From: a virus
Length of the DNA: 64,000 nt
Virus record (IMG/VR): IMGVR_UViG_3300029113_000198
Direction: 5' to 3' (one strand)
Below the pieces are notes generated by a model. That model worked only from the letters and a program-made list of their open reading frames with translations, searched no databases and had not been told where the DNA came from. This document shows, in pieces, positions 49,509 through 59,608 of the stretch (the stretch's first letter is position 1; each line of letters starts with the position of its first letter). The position numbers and the translations under genes are program-made.

Positions 49509-51789
49509 AAATTGGCGTGAAATCGCGTAAAATGTATGTTTTAGAAAGGAGCAATAGATGACAGTCTGCGACAGCTGTTTGCACAATAGCGTGTGCTCAT
49601 ATAAAAGAATCTACGACAAAAAGAGCATTATTACTTGTAAAAACTTCCTTGGCTGGGTGAAAGTCATAGATGAGCGGCCAGAGGTTTATCGTAACGTGTT
49701 TATTATTGATCCTGCAGGTCTCCCATTTGTTGGATACTATAACAATTTTCGAGATAGAGAAACTTTTACAGACGTCAACACTTTACAAACAACTCGTGAG
49801 TGCCCGTCTTACTGGCTGAAAGGACTTGATTTATATGGACAATCAATGGTGGCTCGCAAAGAAGCGGAGAGCGTACTTCAAACTGTTTCTAATGCAGACG
49901 AGAGTTGATTTCTTTGATGCTATTTGTAGAGCGTGCGATAAGATTGAGGAGTGGTATAAAAGATGAGCTCTATCAGCACAGGACAGTACATCAATGGCCG
50001 TAATCTTTTTCTAACAACATTTGACGTAAATGACTGGCCGGGCAAGCCTTTGAATAGCGAAGTTGTATATTTTACTGATCCTCGCTACGAGCAATGTGTT
50101 ATTGGAAAAGACATATTCACAAAGCTCGGCGTAGAGTTTACTGTGTGTCCGATATTTAAAAGAACATTTGGAGAATAAAGAACTAGACTTTTATGAGGTA
50201 GATTGAATGGACGATAGATTTTCAGTCGAAAAGAATCACTGGGAAATACAAAATCCAGAATGGGAAAGCTATTCTCATTTCATCTGCACTAAAGACCATT
50301 ATTGGACTGGTGTACACGGTATCAGCAACTATTTTCTTCAATATAAGAATTTTGGCAGAAGTAAACCAGTCGAACGATTTTCTGTAGAATGGCCGAACTT
50401 CGTAGAGCACATGTGGTTTATCCATTGGCGTGGCCCATGGGATTATATTTTTGCTTCATATAAATTATCCGAAATCAAACGATTTTTAGAACTTGATATT
50501 GATGCTATTAAAAAGAACCATTGGCCGGATGGCCGCTGCACTTGCTACAGTATTTATGACTACGTGACGAAAAAATGGTACTATTTTAAAATCGAAAATT
50601 TGGGAACATTTTATGGATGCACGTGGCCGTTGGGTGATGATACGGGGGAGGTGATTAGTTGTGACTAAACAAATAGGCTATTATAAATCCGACTGGTATA
50701 TTATGGGCATCGACGGTAAATACAACAACGCCTGTATCTCACATACAGAATCGCAGCTTCGATATACAGTTCCAAGGTCGCCAGAATGGACCATCAATGG
50801 ACTGGGTTTTGCTTACCTTAGAGAACATGGATTTGAAGACTATCCTGAACTATATGGCATTGTGTTCTATGACATGGAGTGGTGGCGACGAAAACGCTAT
50901 CCGGGGGACTTTTATGTAGAGATACCAATTTGCGATTTGTGTGCAGATTCATTTCATTTAAAATGGCATTGCAAGGAATTTCGTGTACATCAATGGTCTT
51001 GCTTGCGTAAAGAAACAAAGTGGGTGAAAGGCAAAAGTAACTATACTATTTGTGAGCTTGCCGATAAGTTGCCACATGAAGAATTTATAGAATATCTTAA
51101 AGACAACGGTATCTATATTGTAAACGAAGGTGGTGTTGAACTTGGATGGTAATAATGAAAAACTCACTCTTGGAGAAAAGATCTTGTTTTTGACAGTCGG
51201 TGTGCTCATTACTCTTATTGTTGGATATTTTGTATGGGCGATTGGCGACGGTATCTATCGTCATTATAATCCGATTGAGTGGACTGCTACTATTGAAGAG
51301 CTAGAACCGGGTATCTATGGATATACATCAACTACGGTATCCAATATTCCAGCGGAAAATTATGAGATGCTTACAGTTCTTTGTAATGGCACATACATGA
51401 ATATCAAGGGTCATGTACAGATTGTATATGATAGCAACGCTCCATATATCGAATATAAGTCAACCAATACTGTTAATGCTGATTCTGTAATAATTCATGT
51501 TCAAAAAGGACAGATTAAAAATAATGGAGTTAGTACAGTAACGAGGTGATTTTTATGGAAGAATTAGGGTTTTATAAAGGAGGGCGCTAATGAAGGATTT
51601 TAACTTTTATAGAGCAAAGTATATTCGTGATGGGAAATGGCGAATTGAGTTTTTCGATAAAGACGAAAAGTATGTTGGTTCTATTTATAAAGTAGGGTCG
51701 GACGGCGTCCGTGGGTATTGCCAGTGTTTAAATGATCTTGGCTACAAAGCAATTTTATAAAACTTGGATTCTTATAAAGGAGGTTCACA

Positions 51790-52617
51790 ATGGTTATTGA
51801 TTGTAAATCTATTGCACAAGATATCAAAAATAAAATTAAGAATATTATCGCAGAAGCCGACTACGCTCCTGTTTTACATATTTATCAAGTAGGTGATAAT
51901 CCAGCGTCCAACGCTTATATTCGTGGTAAACTGCGTGACTGTGAAGATGTTGGTATTAAAGCAGAGCTTATCAAGCTTCCAGAAGATATTACTGAAGATG
52001 AATTAAATAGAATGATATTGCAAAATCGTATCTATGAAGAAGCAAATGGTATCATTATTCAGCTTCCATTGCCAAAACATATCGATCCTAAGAATATCAT
52101 TATTCCAGATGAACTTGACGTTGATGGTTTTAATTCTACATCAACATTTCAGCCTTGCACTCCGCTTGGCGTTATGAAAATTTTTGATTCCATCGGTTAC
52201 AATCTGGATGGCAAGAATGTGCTTGTATGTGGTCAGTCTGATATTGTTGGTCGTCCACTGGTTAATATGCTGATTGAGCGCCATTGTAATGTGATCTCTG
52301 TGAATAGCACTGGTTCCGCTATGAAGGCCACTGTTTTTGGATTTGGAATGGTTGATGTCGTCGTCTCTGCTGTGGGCAAATGCAACTTTATCACGCCAAG
52401 AGAATTAGATCAAGTTGAAGTCTGCATCGATGTTGGTATCAATTATGACGAAAACGGCAAGCAGCACGGAGACTGCTCCGAGGATGTCTATGAGATGGAA
52501 GATATCAAGGTGACCCCTCGTATCGGCGGAGTTGGCCTTATGACCCGTGCCATGCTCTTATATAATGTATGTGTAGCAAAGTATGGTGAAGAGAAGATGG
52601 GGGAGGTGATTGGATGA
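51790..52617 (+). CDS. folD: Bifunctional methylenetetrahydrofolate dehydrogenase/cyclohydrolase FolD
   Basis: YIRGKLRDCEDVGI, VDGF, PCTPLG, GQSDIVGRPLVNML, PRIGGVGLMT; 275 aa. Confidence 0.85.
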   Translation: MVIDCKSIAQDIKNKIKNIIAEADYAPVLHIYQVGDNPASNAYIRGKLRDCEDVGIKAELIKLPEDITEDELNRMILQNRIYEEANGIIIQLPLPKHIDPKNIIIPDELDVDGFNSTSTFQPCTPLGVMKIFDSIGYNLDGKNVLVCGQSDIVGRPLVNMLIERHCNVISVNSTGSAMKATVFGFGMVDVVVSAVGKCNFITPRELDQVEVCIDVGINYDENGKQHGDCSEDVYEMEDIKVTPRIGGVGLMTRAMLLYNVCVAKYGEEKMGEVIG

Positions 52618-52808
52618 ATGAAGTCCCAATTTGGGAAAAAGCGGCATTGACAATAGAAGAAGCTGCGGCTTATTCAAATATCGGTCAATGCAAAATACGT
52701 GAACTTCTCCAAGATAGAAATTGCCCGTTTATAATGTTTGTTGGTAAAAAGCAACTTGTTAAACGAAAAGCATTTGAAAGATACATAGAACAAACATATT
52801 CCATTTGA
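52614..52808 (+). CDS. xis: Excisionase-family HTH protein (Tn916 Xis-like)
   Basis: LTIEEAAAYSNIGQCKIRELL...CPFIMFVGKKQLVKRKAFERYI typical of excisionase/AlpA-type DNA-binding proteins; start overlaps folD stop. Confidence 0.65.
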   Translation: MNEVPIWEKAALTIEEAAAYSNIGQCKIRELLQDRNCPFIMFVGKKQLVKRKAFERYIEQTYSI

Positions 52809-52878
52809 ATGTATGGCTCTGATGTGATATAATCAAATTGTCACATCGGAGCTCTTTATTTAACGTAAGGAGCTTATT

Positions 52879-54036
52879 ATGGAAAGAAGAAAAGACAATA
52901 AAGGACGTGTTTTGAAAGAGGGTGAGTCGCAACGTAAAGATGGTCTGTACCAGTATCGTTGGACAGATAAGTTTGGAAAGCGCCGCACTATTTATTCTGG
53001 CGACTTGAAAGAATTAAGAGCAAGGATTGAAAGTTTAACAGAATCTGAAATACAAGGCATCGACCCAATAGCAAACTCAATGACGGTGAAAGAGCTTGTA
53101 AAAAAATATTCCAATCTTCATAAGCCGTCTTTAAAGGAGACAACAACAAAGAACATAGACACTTTCATGAAAATCCTTTCTGGGTGTACTTTTGCCAATA
53201 AAACAATCGCATCAATAACACCGACAGAAGCAAAAGTGTTCATGAAAGAACTATATGATAAGGGGTACTGTTATGGCACAATAAATAACTATAAAGGAAT
53301 ACTACGACCGGCTTTTGAGCTTGCCTGCGATGATAAAATTTTGTCAAGGAATCCTTTTAGCTTTCAACTTTCAAAAGTTGTGCCAAAAGAAAACAAGACA
53401 AAAACTATTCTGTCGAATGAACAATTTTCAAGCCTTGTTGATTTCTGCAAAAAGGATATCTATCTCAGTCAGCACGTTGATGAACTTATAATCTTATATG
53501 AGACCGGACTTCGTGTTAGTGAGTTTTGTGGATTAACCGTAAGTGATATTGATTTAGAGCAGGGAATTGTAAATGTGAACCACCAGCTTGTATATCTTCA
53601 TGGAGAGTTCTCAATCCAATCTCCAAAAACAAAAAGTGGTGTACGCATCATACCAATGTCGCAAAAAGCCAGAGAAGCATTTTCACACATTATAAGTACA
53701 AGACCACAGCTGGATGAAGAGCCGAGCGTAAGTGGATATAGCGGCTTTCTACAAGTCAGTTACAAAAACAGCCCTCGTTCAGCGGTTAGTGTTGAATCAA
53801 ATGTGCGACAAGCTATACAGAGGTACAACAAGGTCAATCCACAAGGGCAACTGCCAACTGCAATCACACCTCATACTTTAAGGCATATGTTCTGTACCAG
53901 AATGGTAGAGTCTGGGATGAACATTAAAGCCGTCCAGTATGTGATGGGACACAGTAAAGTCAATATGACATTAGATGTTTATAGCCATGTGGATGCCGAA
54001 AAAGCAGTTGCGGAGTTCCGAAAGATGGTTCAGTAA
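52879..54036 (+). CDS. int: Tyrosine integrase, Tn916/Tn1545 Int family
   Basis: N-terminus MERRKDNKGRVLKEGESQRKDGLYQYRW mirrors Tn916 Int; C-terminal HTLRHMF...MGHSKVNMTLDVYSH catalytic box. Confidence 0.8.
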   Translation: MERRKDNKGRVLKEGESQRKDGLYQYRWTDKFGKRRTIYSGDLKELRARIESLTESEIQGIDPIANSMTVKELVKKYSNLHKPSLKETTTKNIDTFMKILSGCTFANKTIASITPTEAKVFMKELYDKGYCYGTINNYKGILRPAFELACDDKILSRNPFSFQLSKVVPKENKTKTILSNEQFSSLVDFCKKDIYLSQHVDELIILYETGLRVSEFCGLTVSDIDLEQGIVNVNHQLVYLHGEFSIQSPKTKSGVRIIPMSQKAREAFSHIISTRPQLDEEPSVSGYSGFLQVSYKNSPRSAVSVESNVRQAIQRYNKVNPQGQLPTAITPHTLRHMFCTRMVESGMNIKAVQYVMGHSKVNMTLDVYSHVDAEKAVAEFRKMVQ

Positions 54037-54083
54037 TTTTATATACTTTATAAGAATGAATTGTCAACTTCCTATAAACTGGA

Positions 54084-54125
54084 CAATTTTTACTACACCA
54101 GTTACTACACCAATTTTTCAAATCT
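54084..54125. repeat. Direct repeat TTACTACACCA x2 in AT-rich junction after int
   Basis: tttttACTACACCAGTTACTACACCAATTTTTc; candidate arm-type/att-associated sites at the right phage-chromosome junction. Confidence 0.35.
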
Positions 54126-54480
54126 GGTATGACATAATATAACAGAATATGAACTAGACGAGCGTGCAATAAATAGCAGTAGAAAAGCAAGAAGAGGAAA
54201 AATAACGAATTATCGTTATGAATACAAAAGCGAACAATAACTCAAGCAAAAATATGTGCAAAGTGTAAAAATTACAAAAAAATTACAATACCCTATTGCA
54301 AAACGGTTTCAAAAGAGTTACAATATGGTTACAGCAAGGGCAAAGCCCCAAGGCTGTGTGTGAAATCTTTTTCTTCTTGTTTTTGGGATACTGGGCGCGG
54401 ATCCTCCTCCTCCGGCTGTTCTCCTTCACAGCTATGATCCATGCGCCGCACAGGCAGTGTCCCGCTTCGTGTGCAAAAGG

Positions 54481-54510
54481 GCTCGTCCGGTGATTCGGAC
54501 GAGCTTTTTT
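54481..54510. terminator. Strong hairpin + T-run (bidirectional-type terminator)
   Basis: aaaagGGCTCGTCCG-gtgatt-CGGACGAGCtttttt. Confidence 0.65.
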
Positions 54511-54915
54511 GCATTCTGTAAGCTCTGTTTTGGCTGCAAAAGTGATACTTCAAAAATCAAAGTATGACCAATGCCTAAAAACGCTTGGCAAATTGTCTGT
54601 TTTTCCGCAAAGGACAATTATAAAGTTTGGCGCGGCAGGGGTTTGTATTCTTGCGGGCTTTGTGGTAAAGTATATACAATCAATTTATAGGCAGCAAACA
54701 TGAAGGATTTTGATGCTGATCTTTATCGGATGCGTTAAAGGTGTATCTGGAAAAAAAGAAAATGACGAATATTTCGCAAGCACAAGCGGGATTTAAGGCA
54801 AAGAGCCGCAGGAATCCTTTGTGGATTTCAAGGCTCTTTAACGCAAAATCCAGCTGTGTTTGTAGAAATAGACTAAATTTTCGACTTTTCAGATACACCC
54901 TAAGAGAAAAGGAGT

Positions 54916-56436
54916 TTGATTATGGCTTATTTCTACGAAGAACCCTCCCGCACCTTTGGCGAGTATCTGCTGGTCCCCGGCTATTCCTCTGCGGAGAATG
55001 TGCCTACGGCGGTCAGCCTGAAGACCCCGCTGGTCAAGTACCGCAAGGGGCAGGAGGAGTGCCCGCTGCAGATGAATATCCCCATGATCAGCGCCATCAT
55101 GCAGTCGGTCTCCGGCGATAAGCTGGCCATTGCACTGGCTCGTCAGGGCGGCGTTTCCTTTATCTATGGCTCTCAGAGCATCGAGAACGAGGCCGCTATG
55201 GTGCGCCGCGTCAAGAGCTTCAAGGCCGGCTATGTGGTGTCCGATTCCAATCTGGCTCCCACTGCCACCCTGCATGACGTGCTGGAACTGAAGGCACGCA
55301 CCGGTCACTCCACCATTGCCATCACTGCCGACGGTACTCCCAATGGCAAGCTGCTGGGCATCGTGGCTTCCCGCGATTACCGCGTCAACCACACCCCGGA
55401 CGATGCCTGCGTCACCACCTTTATGACCCCCATTGAAAAGCTGGTCACTGCTCCGGCCAACACCTCCCTGCACGACTGCAACAACATCATCTGGGACAAC
55501 AAGATCAACACCCTGCCGCTGGTGGATGCCGAGGGCAATCTGGTGTATATGGTGTTCCGCAAGGACTACGACTCCCACAAGGCAAACGTCAACGAGTTGC
55601 TGGATAAGAACAAGAGCTACGTTGTGGGTGCCGGCATCAACACCCGCGACTACGCTCAGCGCGTGCCCGCACTGGTAGAGGCCGGTGTGGATGTGCTGTG
55701 CATCGACTCCTCCGAGGGCTACTCCGAGTGGCAGAGCCGCACCATCGGCTGGATCCGCGAGCACTACGGCGACACTGTCAAGGTGGGTGCCGGCAACGTG
55801 GTGGACGCCGAGGGCTTCCGCTTCCTCGCTGAGGCTGGTGCAGACTTTGTGAAGATCGGCATCGGCGGCGGCTCCATCTGCATTACCCGTGAGACCAAGG
55901 GCATCGGCCGCGGTCAGGCTACCGCTGTCATCGAGGTTGCCAAGGCTCGTGACGAGTACTACAAGGAGACCGGCATCTATGTGCCCATCTGCTCCGACGG
56001 CGGCATCGTCCATGACTACCACATCACCCTCGCGCTGGCTATGGGCGCAGACTTTGTGATGCTGGGCCGCTACTTTGCCCGCTTTGACGAGAGCCCCACG
56101 AACAAGGTGCGCATCAACGGCCAGTATATGAAGGAGTACTGGGGCGAAGGTTCCAACCGTGCCCGCAACTGGCAGCGCTACGATCTGGGCGGCTCCACCA
56201 AGCTGAGCTTTGAGGAGGGCGTGGACAGCTATGTGCCCTACGCAGGCCCTCTGGCGGACGGCGTGCAGACCACCTTGTATAAGGTCAAGAGCACCATGTG
56301 CAACTGCGGCGCTCTGTCCATCCCCGAACTGCAGCAGAAGGCCAAGCTGACCGTTGTTTCCTCCACCTCCATCGTGGAGGGCGGCAGCCACGACGTTGTG
56401 CTGAAGAACGCCACCCCCAGCATTATGAACGGCTGA
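54916..56436 (+). CDS. guaB: IMP dehydrogenase family protein (GuaB-like, with CBS pair)
   Basis: Catalytic loop [26 protein letters not shown]-pair insert (~100-220); ~62% GC. Confidence 0.75.
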   Translation: MIMAYFYEEPSRTFGEYLLVPGYSSAENVPTAVSLKTPLVKYRKGQEECPLQMNIPMISAIMQSVSGDKLAIALARQGGVSFIYGSQSIENEAAMVRRVKSFKAGYVVSDSNLAPTATLHDVLELKARTGHSTIAITADGTPNGKLLGIVASRDYRVNHTPDDACVTTFMTPIEKLVTAPANTSLHDCNNIIWDNKINTLPLVDAEGNLVYMVFRKDYDSHKANVNELLDKNKSYVVGAGINTRDYAQRVPALVEAGVDVLCIDSSEGYSEWQSRTIGWIREHYGDTVKVGAGNVVDAEGFRFLAEAGADFVKIGIGGGSICITRETKGIGRGQATAVIEVAKARDEYYKETGIYVPICSDGGIVHDYHITLALAMGADFVMLGRYFARFDESPTNKVRINGQYMKEYWGEGSNRARNWQRYDLGGSTKLSFEEGVDSYVPYAGPLADGVQTTLYKVKSTMCNCGALSIPELQQKAKLTVVSSTSIVEGGSHDVVLKNATPSIMNG

Positions 56437-56462
56437 GCCTGATTTATTTATTATAAGCGCAG

Positions 56463-56499
56463 AGACCGCTGCACAGCGTTTGTGCAGCGGTCTTTTTGC
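56463..56499 (+). terminator. Rho-independent terminator after guaB-like gene
   Basis: AGACCGCTGCACA-gcgttt-TGTGCAGCGGTCT + TTTTT. Confidence 0.75.
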
Positions 56500-56649
56500 G
56501 CGAAAATACTTGCACAGGCAGGGAAATCGTGCTATCATGATAGAAACGCTCTGTCATGACAGGGCGGCAGATCCCCCTGCCGGGCAAGCGGCAGGCGGCG
56601 CGCAGTAGGGAAGAACTGACGCCGGGTACAGATAGAGAGGAAAACATTC

Positions 56650-58167
56650 ATGAACGAGATCAAGGTTGAGCCTTATATCCCCGATGAGGACTACGATAAC
56701 CCCGCGATGGTGGTGGATTTTTACGAATTTACCATGGCAAACTGCCTGTTCCTGCATGGTTTTAAGGATACCACGCTGGTGTTTGATATGTTCTTCCGCA
56801 AGAACCCGGACAATCAGGGCTATTCCATCAGCGCAGGCCAGCGCAAGCTGACCCGCTTTTTGCTGGACTATCACTTTAATGAGCAGGATATCCACTGGCT
56901 GCGCACCAAGGGCATGAGCGAGGAGTTCTGCGAGTATCTGCGCACCTACAAGTGGAAGGGCGATATGTACGCCCTGCCCGAGGGCACGGTCTGCTACCCC
57001 CATGTGCAGATGGTGCGCATCGAGTGCGATCTGGTGGGCGCGATCCTCATCGAGACCTACCTGCTGCAGACCATGAATTTCCATAGCCTGATCGCCACCA
57101 AGGCCACCCGCGTCACCGGCCTGAACACCCACACCCCCCGCAACGTCATGGAATTCGGCACCCGCCGCGCACAGGGCGAGAGCGCCGGTAACGATGGCGC
57201 TTACGCCGCAGTGCTGGGTGGCTGCATCGGTACGGCCAACTGTCTGGCAGAGATGAAGTTCGGTGCAGAGGTCAAGGCCGTGGGCACTGTGGCACACAGC
57301 TTTATCGAGTTTTTCCCCACCGAGTTCGATGCCTTCAAGGCCTTTGCCGATACCTACCCGGATTCGGTCAGCCTGCTGCTGGATACCTATAATATTATGG
57401 AAAGCGGCCTGCCCAACCTGATCAAGCTGGACGATTATCTCATTGAGAAATACCCCAATGACCCCAATCGCCGTGTCAAGAGCGCCCGCATCGATTCCGG
57501 CGACCTTGCCCGCGGCTCCAAGCGGCTGCGTAAGGCTCTGGATGCCGCAGGCAAGCCCTACATCAAGCTGGTGGCCTCCAACGGTCTGGATGAGAAGAAA
57601 ATCGCCAACATGGAACTGTACGAGCACGCACACTTCGACTCCTACGGCGTGGGCGAAAACCTCATCACCTCTGCCTCCGACCCTGTGTTCGGCGGCGTGT
57701 ACAAGCTGGTGGCGGTGAAGAAGCCGGACGGCAGCTATACCCCCAAGATGAAGTGCTCGGACTCCGCCAGCAAGGCCATCATCCCGGGCAAAAAGATGCC
57801 GTGGCGTCTGTACGACGAAAACGGTCAGGCACAGTGCGACCTGATTGCCATGGACGGCGAGGTCATCGAGGCCGGTAAGCCGGTCACCATGGTCAATCTG
57901 GACTCGGACGCCATCGAACGCACCATCACCTTTATCCCCACCGCTGTGCGCCCGCTGTTGGTGCCGCATATTCTGGGCGGCGAGCTGGCCATTGAACTGC
58001 CCTCTATTGCAGAAAAGAAGGCCTATATTGCAAAGCAGCTCACCGAGGAGACATGGGAGAGCGAGTTGCGTCTGGAATGCCCCCACAAACACTACGTCAA
58101 CATGACCCCCGCAGTGGCCGAGTGCCGCTCCCGGATGTACGCCGAGCTGCACGGAGGCAAGGTGTAA
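56650..58167 (+). CDS. pncB: Nicotinate phosphoribosyltransferase
   Basis: VVDFYEFTMANCLF, EFGTRRAQGESAGN, RIDSGDLA blocks typical of NAPRTase; 505 aa. Confidence 0.7.
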   Translation: MNEIKVEPYIPDEDYDNPAMVVDFYEFTMANCLFLHGFKDTTLVFDMFFRKNPDNQGYSISAGQRKLTRFLLDYHFNEQDIHWLRTKGMSEEFCEYLRTYKWKGDMYALPEGTVCYPHVQMVRIECDLVGAILIETYLLQTMNFHSLIATKATRVTGLNTHTPRNVMEFGTRRAQGESAGNDGAYAAVLGGCIGTANCLAEMKFGAEVKAVGTVAHSFIEFFPTEFDAFKAFADTYPDSVSLLLDTYNIMESGLPNLIKLDDYLIEKYPNDPNRRVKSARIDSGDLARGSKRLRKALDAAGKPYIKLVASNGLDEKKIANMELYEHAHFDSYGVGENLITSASDPVFGGVYKLVAVKKPDGSYTPKMKCSDSASKAIIPGKKMPWRLYDENGQAQCDLIAMDGEVIEAGKPVTMVNLDSDAIERTITFIPTAVRPLLVPHILGGELAIELPSIAEKKAYIAKQLTEETWESELRLECPHKHYVNMTPAVAECRSRMYAELHGGKV

Positions 58168-58359
58168 GCAGCACCGAATAAGCGGTTTTTCTTGACAAAA
58201 TAGGGAAACTATTGTATCATAAAAGCCGCTGATTTAATAAAAATGTTAATACCACCAGATTGCGAATAGCAGTGTGGTTGTAATAATTTTTCCTCACACC
58301 TGTTATTCCCGGCTCCCTCTCAAGCCAGAGGGCAGCAGGACTTTGTAAGCCGGGGTTGC

Positions 58360-58443
58360 GCCGCTGTGGTGAAATTGGCAGACACGAGGGACTTAAAATC
58401 CCTTTCTGGAGACAGAGTACGGGTTCGACCCCCGTCGGCGGCA
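58360..58443 (+). tRNA. Chromosomal tRNA-Leu (anticodon UAA), type II; probable integration target of the downstream element
   Basis: Acceptor GCCGCTG/CGGCGGC, anticodon arm AGGGA-CTTAAAA-TCCCT, variable arm TCTG-gaga-CAGA, T arm ACGGG-TTCGACC-CCCGT, discriminator A. Confidence 0.7.
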
Positions 58444-58564
58444 TGTAGAAGCTCAGAATTGTTCGTTGATTCGAATGATTCTGGGCTTTTTCTTTTCGTT
58501 CCATTTTCTGGAAGTGTTAAGCGGGCGAGAGGGATTTTTCGCGAAAAAAGGAGGAGTCTCTCTC

Positions 58565-59533
58565 GTGCGTAACCGTGATTTAAGACCCGCTGCCAAGGCA
58601 AACCCCACCATCCAACAGGCCTTTGAAAGGTTCCAAAAGTACAACCGGCTCAAGAACCTCTCCCAAGGCTCGCTCGACTTCTACGCTGCAAAGGGCAGAA
58701 GCTTCTTTCGGTTTCTGGGGGATACAGAGCAGCCCATTCATACCATCACAGAGGAAACGGTGGAGGATTATATCTTCTATATGAAGGACCAGCAGCTCCA
58801 CGATACGACCATCAATACGAACCTCCGTATGGTGCGTGCGTTTTTGTACTGGTGCATGGAAAAGGGCTATCTGGAAAAGTATCCTATCAGACTGGTGCGT
58901 GCCGATGATCCGATCAAGGAACCCTATGCCACCAACGAGCTGCAGAAGCTGCTGAAGGAACCAGACTGCAAGACCTGCTCCTTTGCCGAATACCGCAACT
59001 GGGTCATTGTCAACTTCCTGCTTGGTACCGGCTGCCGTGCGTCTACGCTGCTCAACCTGCAGATCGGAGACTTGAATCTTTCCGCCGGGACAGTGTTTTT
59101 CCGCCACATGAAGGCGCGTAATCAGCAAATCGTACCGCTCTCTAAGGCACTGGTCAAGATCATGGAGGAGTATCTGGAGCATCGTACCAGTGACCCTACA
59201 GCCCCGTTGTTTGTCTCGGAGTATGGCAACCAGATGACCCTGAATTCGCTCGGGAATGCGATTTGGAATTATAATCATAGCAGAGGCGTGGAGAAGACCT
59301 CTATGCACCTGTTCCGGCACACCTACGCCAAATTGTATATCCAAGCTGGCGGCGACCCGTTCCGCCTGCAAAAGCTGCTGGGACACGCAGACCTTACCAT
59401 GACCCGGCGGTATGTGGCACTGTATGCGGACGACCTGAGAGCCAACTACGACGCCCTGAATCCCCTAGAACAGCTGACCCGCAAAAATCGCCATGGAGAT
59501 AAGATCAAGATGGGGAAGGGGGAGGGAAAGTAA
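58565..59533 (+). CDS. Tyrosine integrase (phage/ICE type), GTG start
   Basis: GTGCRASTLLNLQIGDL (Arg box), HLFRHTYA, LLGHADLTMTRRYV; AAGGAGG 9 nt upstream of GTG 58565. Confidence 0.75.
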   Translation: MRNRDLRPAAKANPTIQQAFERFQKYNRLKNLSQGSLDFYAAKGRSFFRFLGDTEQPIHTITEETVEDYIFYMKDQQLHDTTINTNLRMVRAFLYWCMEKGYLEKYPIRLVRADDPIKEPYATNELQKLLKEPDCKTCSFAEYRNWVIVNFLLGTGCRASTLLNLQIGDLNLSAGTVFFRHMKARNQQIVPLSKALVKIMEEYLEHRTSDPTAPLFVSEYGNQMTLNSLGNAIWNYNHSRGVEKTSMHLFRHTYAKLYIQAGGDPFRLQKLLGHADLTMTRRYVALYADDLRANYDALNPLEQLTRKNRHGDKIKMGKGEGK

Positions 59534-59608
59534 AAATGGGTCAATGTCCCTTGAGCAAAACGAAATGATATGGTATAGTGAAATCAAAAAAAGGAGACGC
59601 GGACCAAT

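Larger units (their letters stand above)
1..54100. mobile_element. Phage/prophage genome segment (early, replication, nucleotide-metabolism, tRNA and lysogeny modules); right end is xis-int followed by an AT-rich junction
   Basis: Uniform + strand gene packing, ~40% GC, many phage hallmark genes (HNH endonuclease, tRNA cluster, DnaB, primase, PolIII alpha, NrdDG, ThyX, Dut, Xis, Int). Abrupt GC and gene-content change near 54,100. Confidence 0.75.

Noticed and set aside
54510-54915. Purine riboswitch upstream of the guaB-like gene
   Set aside because: Could not find the conserved purine-riboswitch core (the UAUA...GGAUAUGG...CCGUAAAU-type junction) by eye.
54889-58152. Very long minus-strand ORFs (549 aa and 532 aa) antisense to the guaB-like and pncB genes
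   Set aside because: The sense-strand products have clear IMPDH and NAPRTase motifs. Long antisense ORFs are an expected artefact of ~62% GC DNA, and their translations are low-complexity (Gly/Ala/Val-rich).
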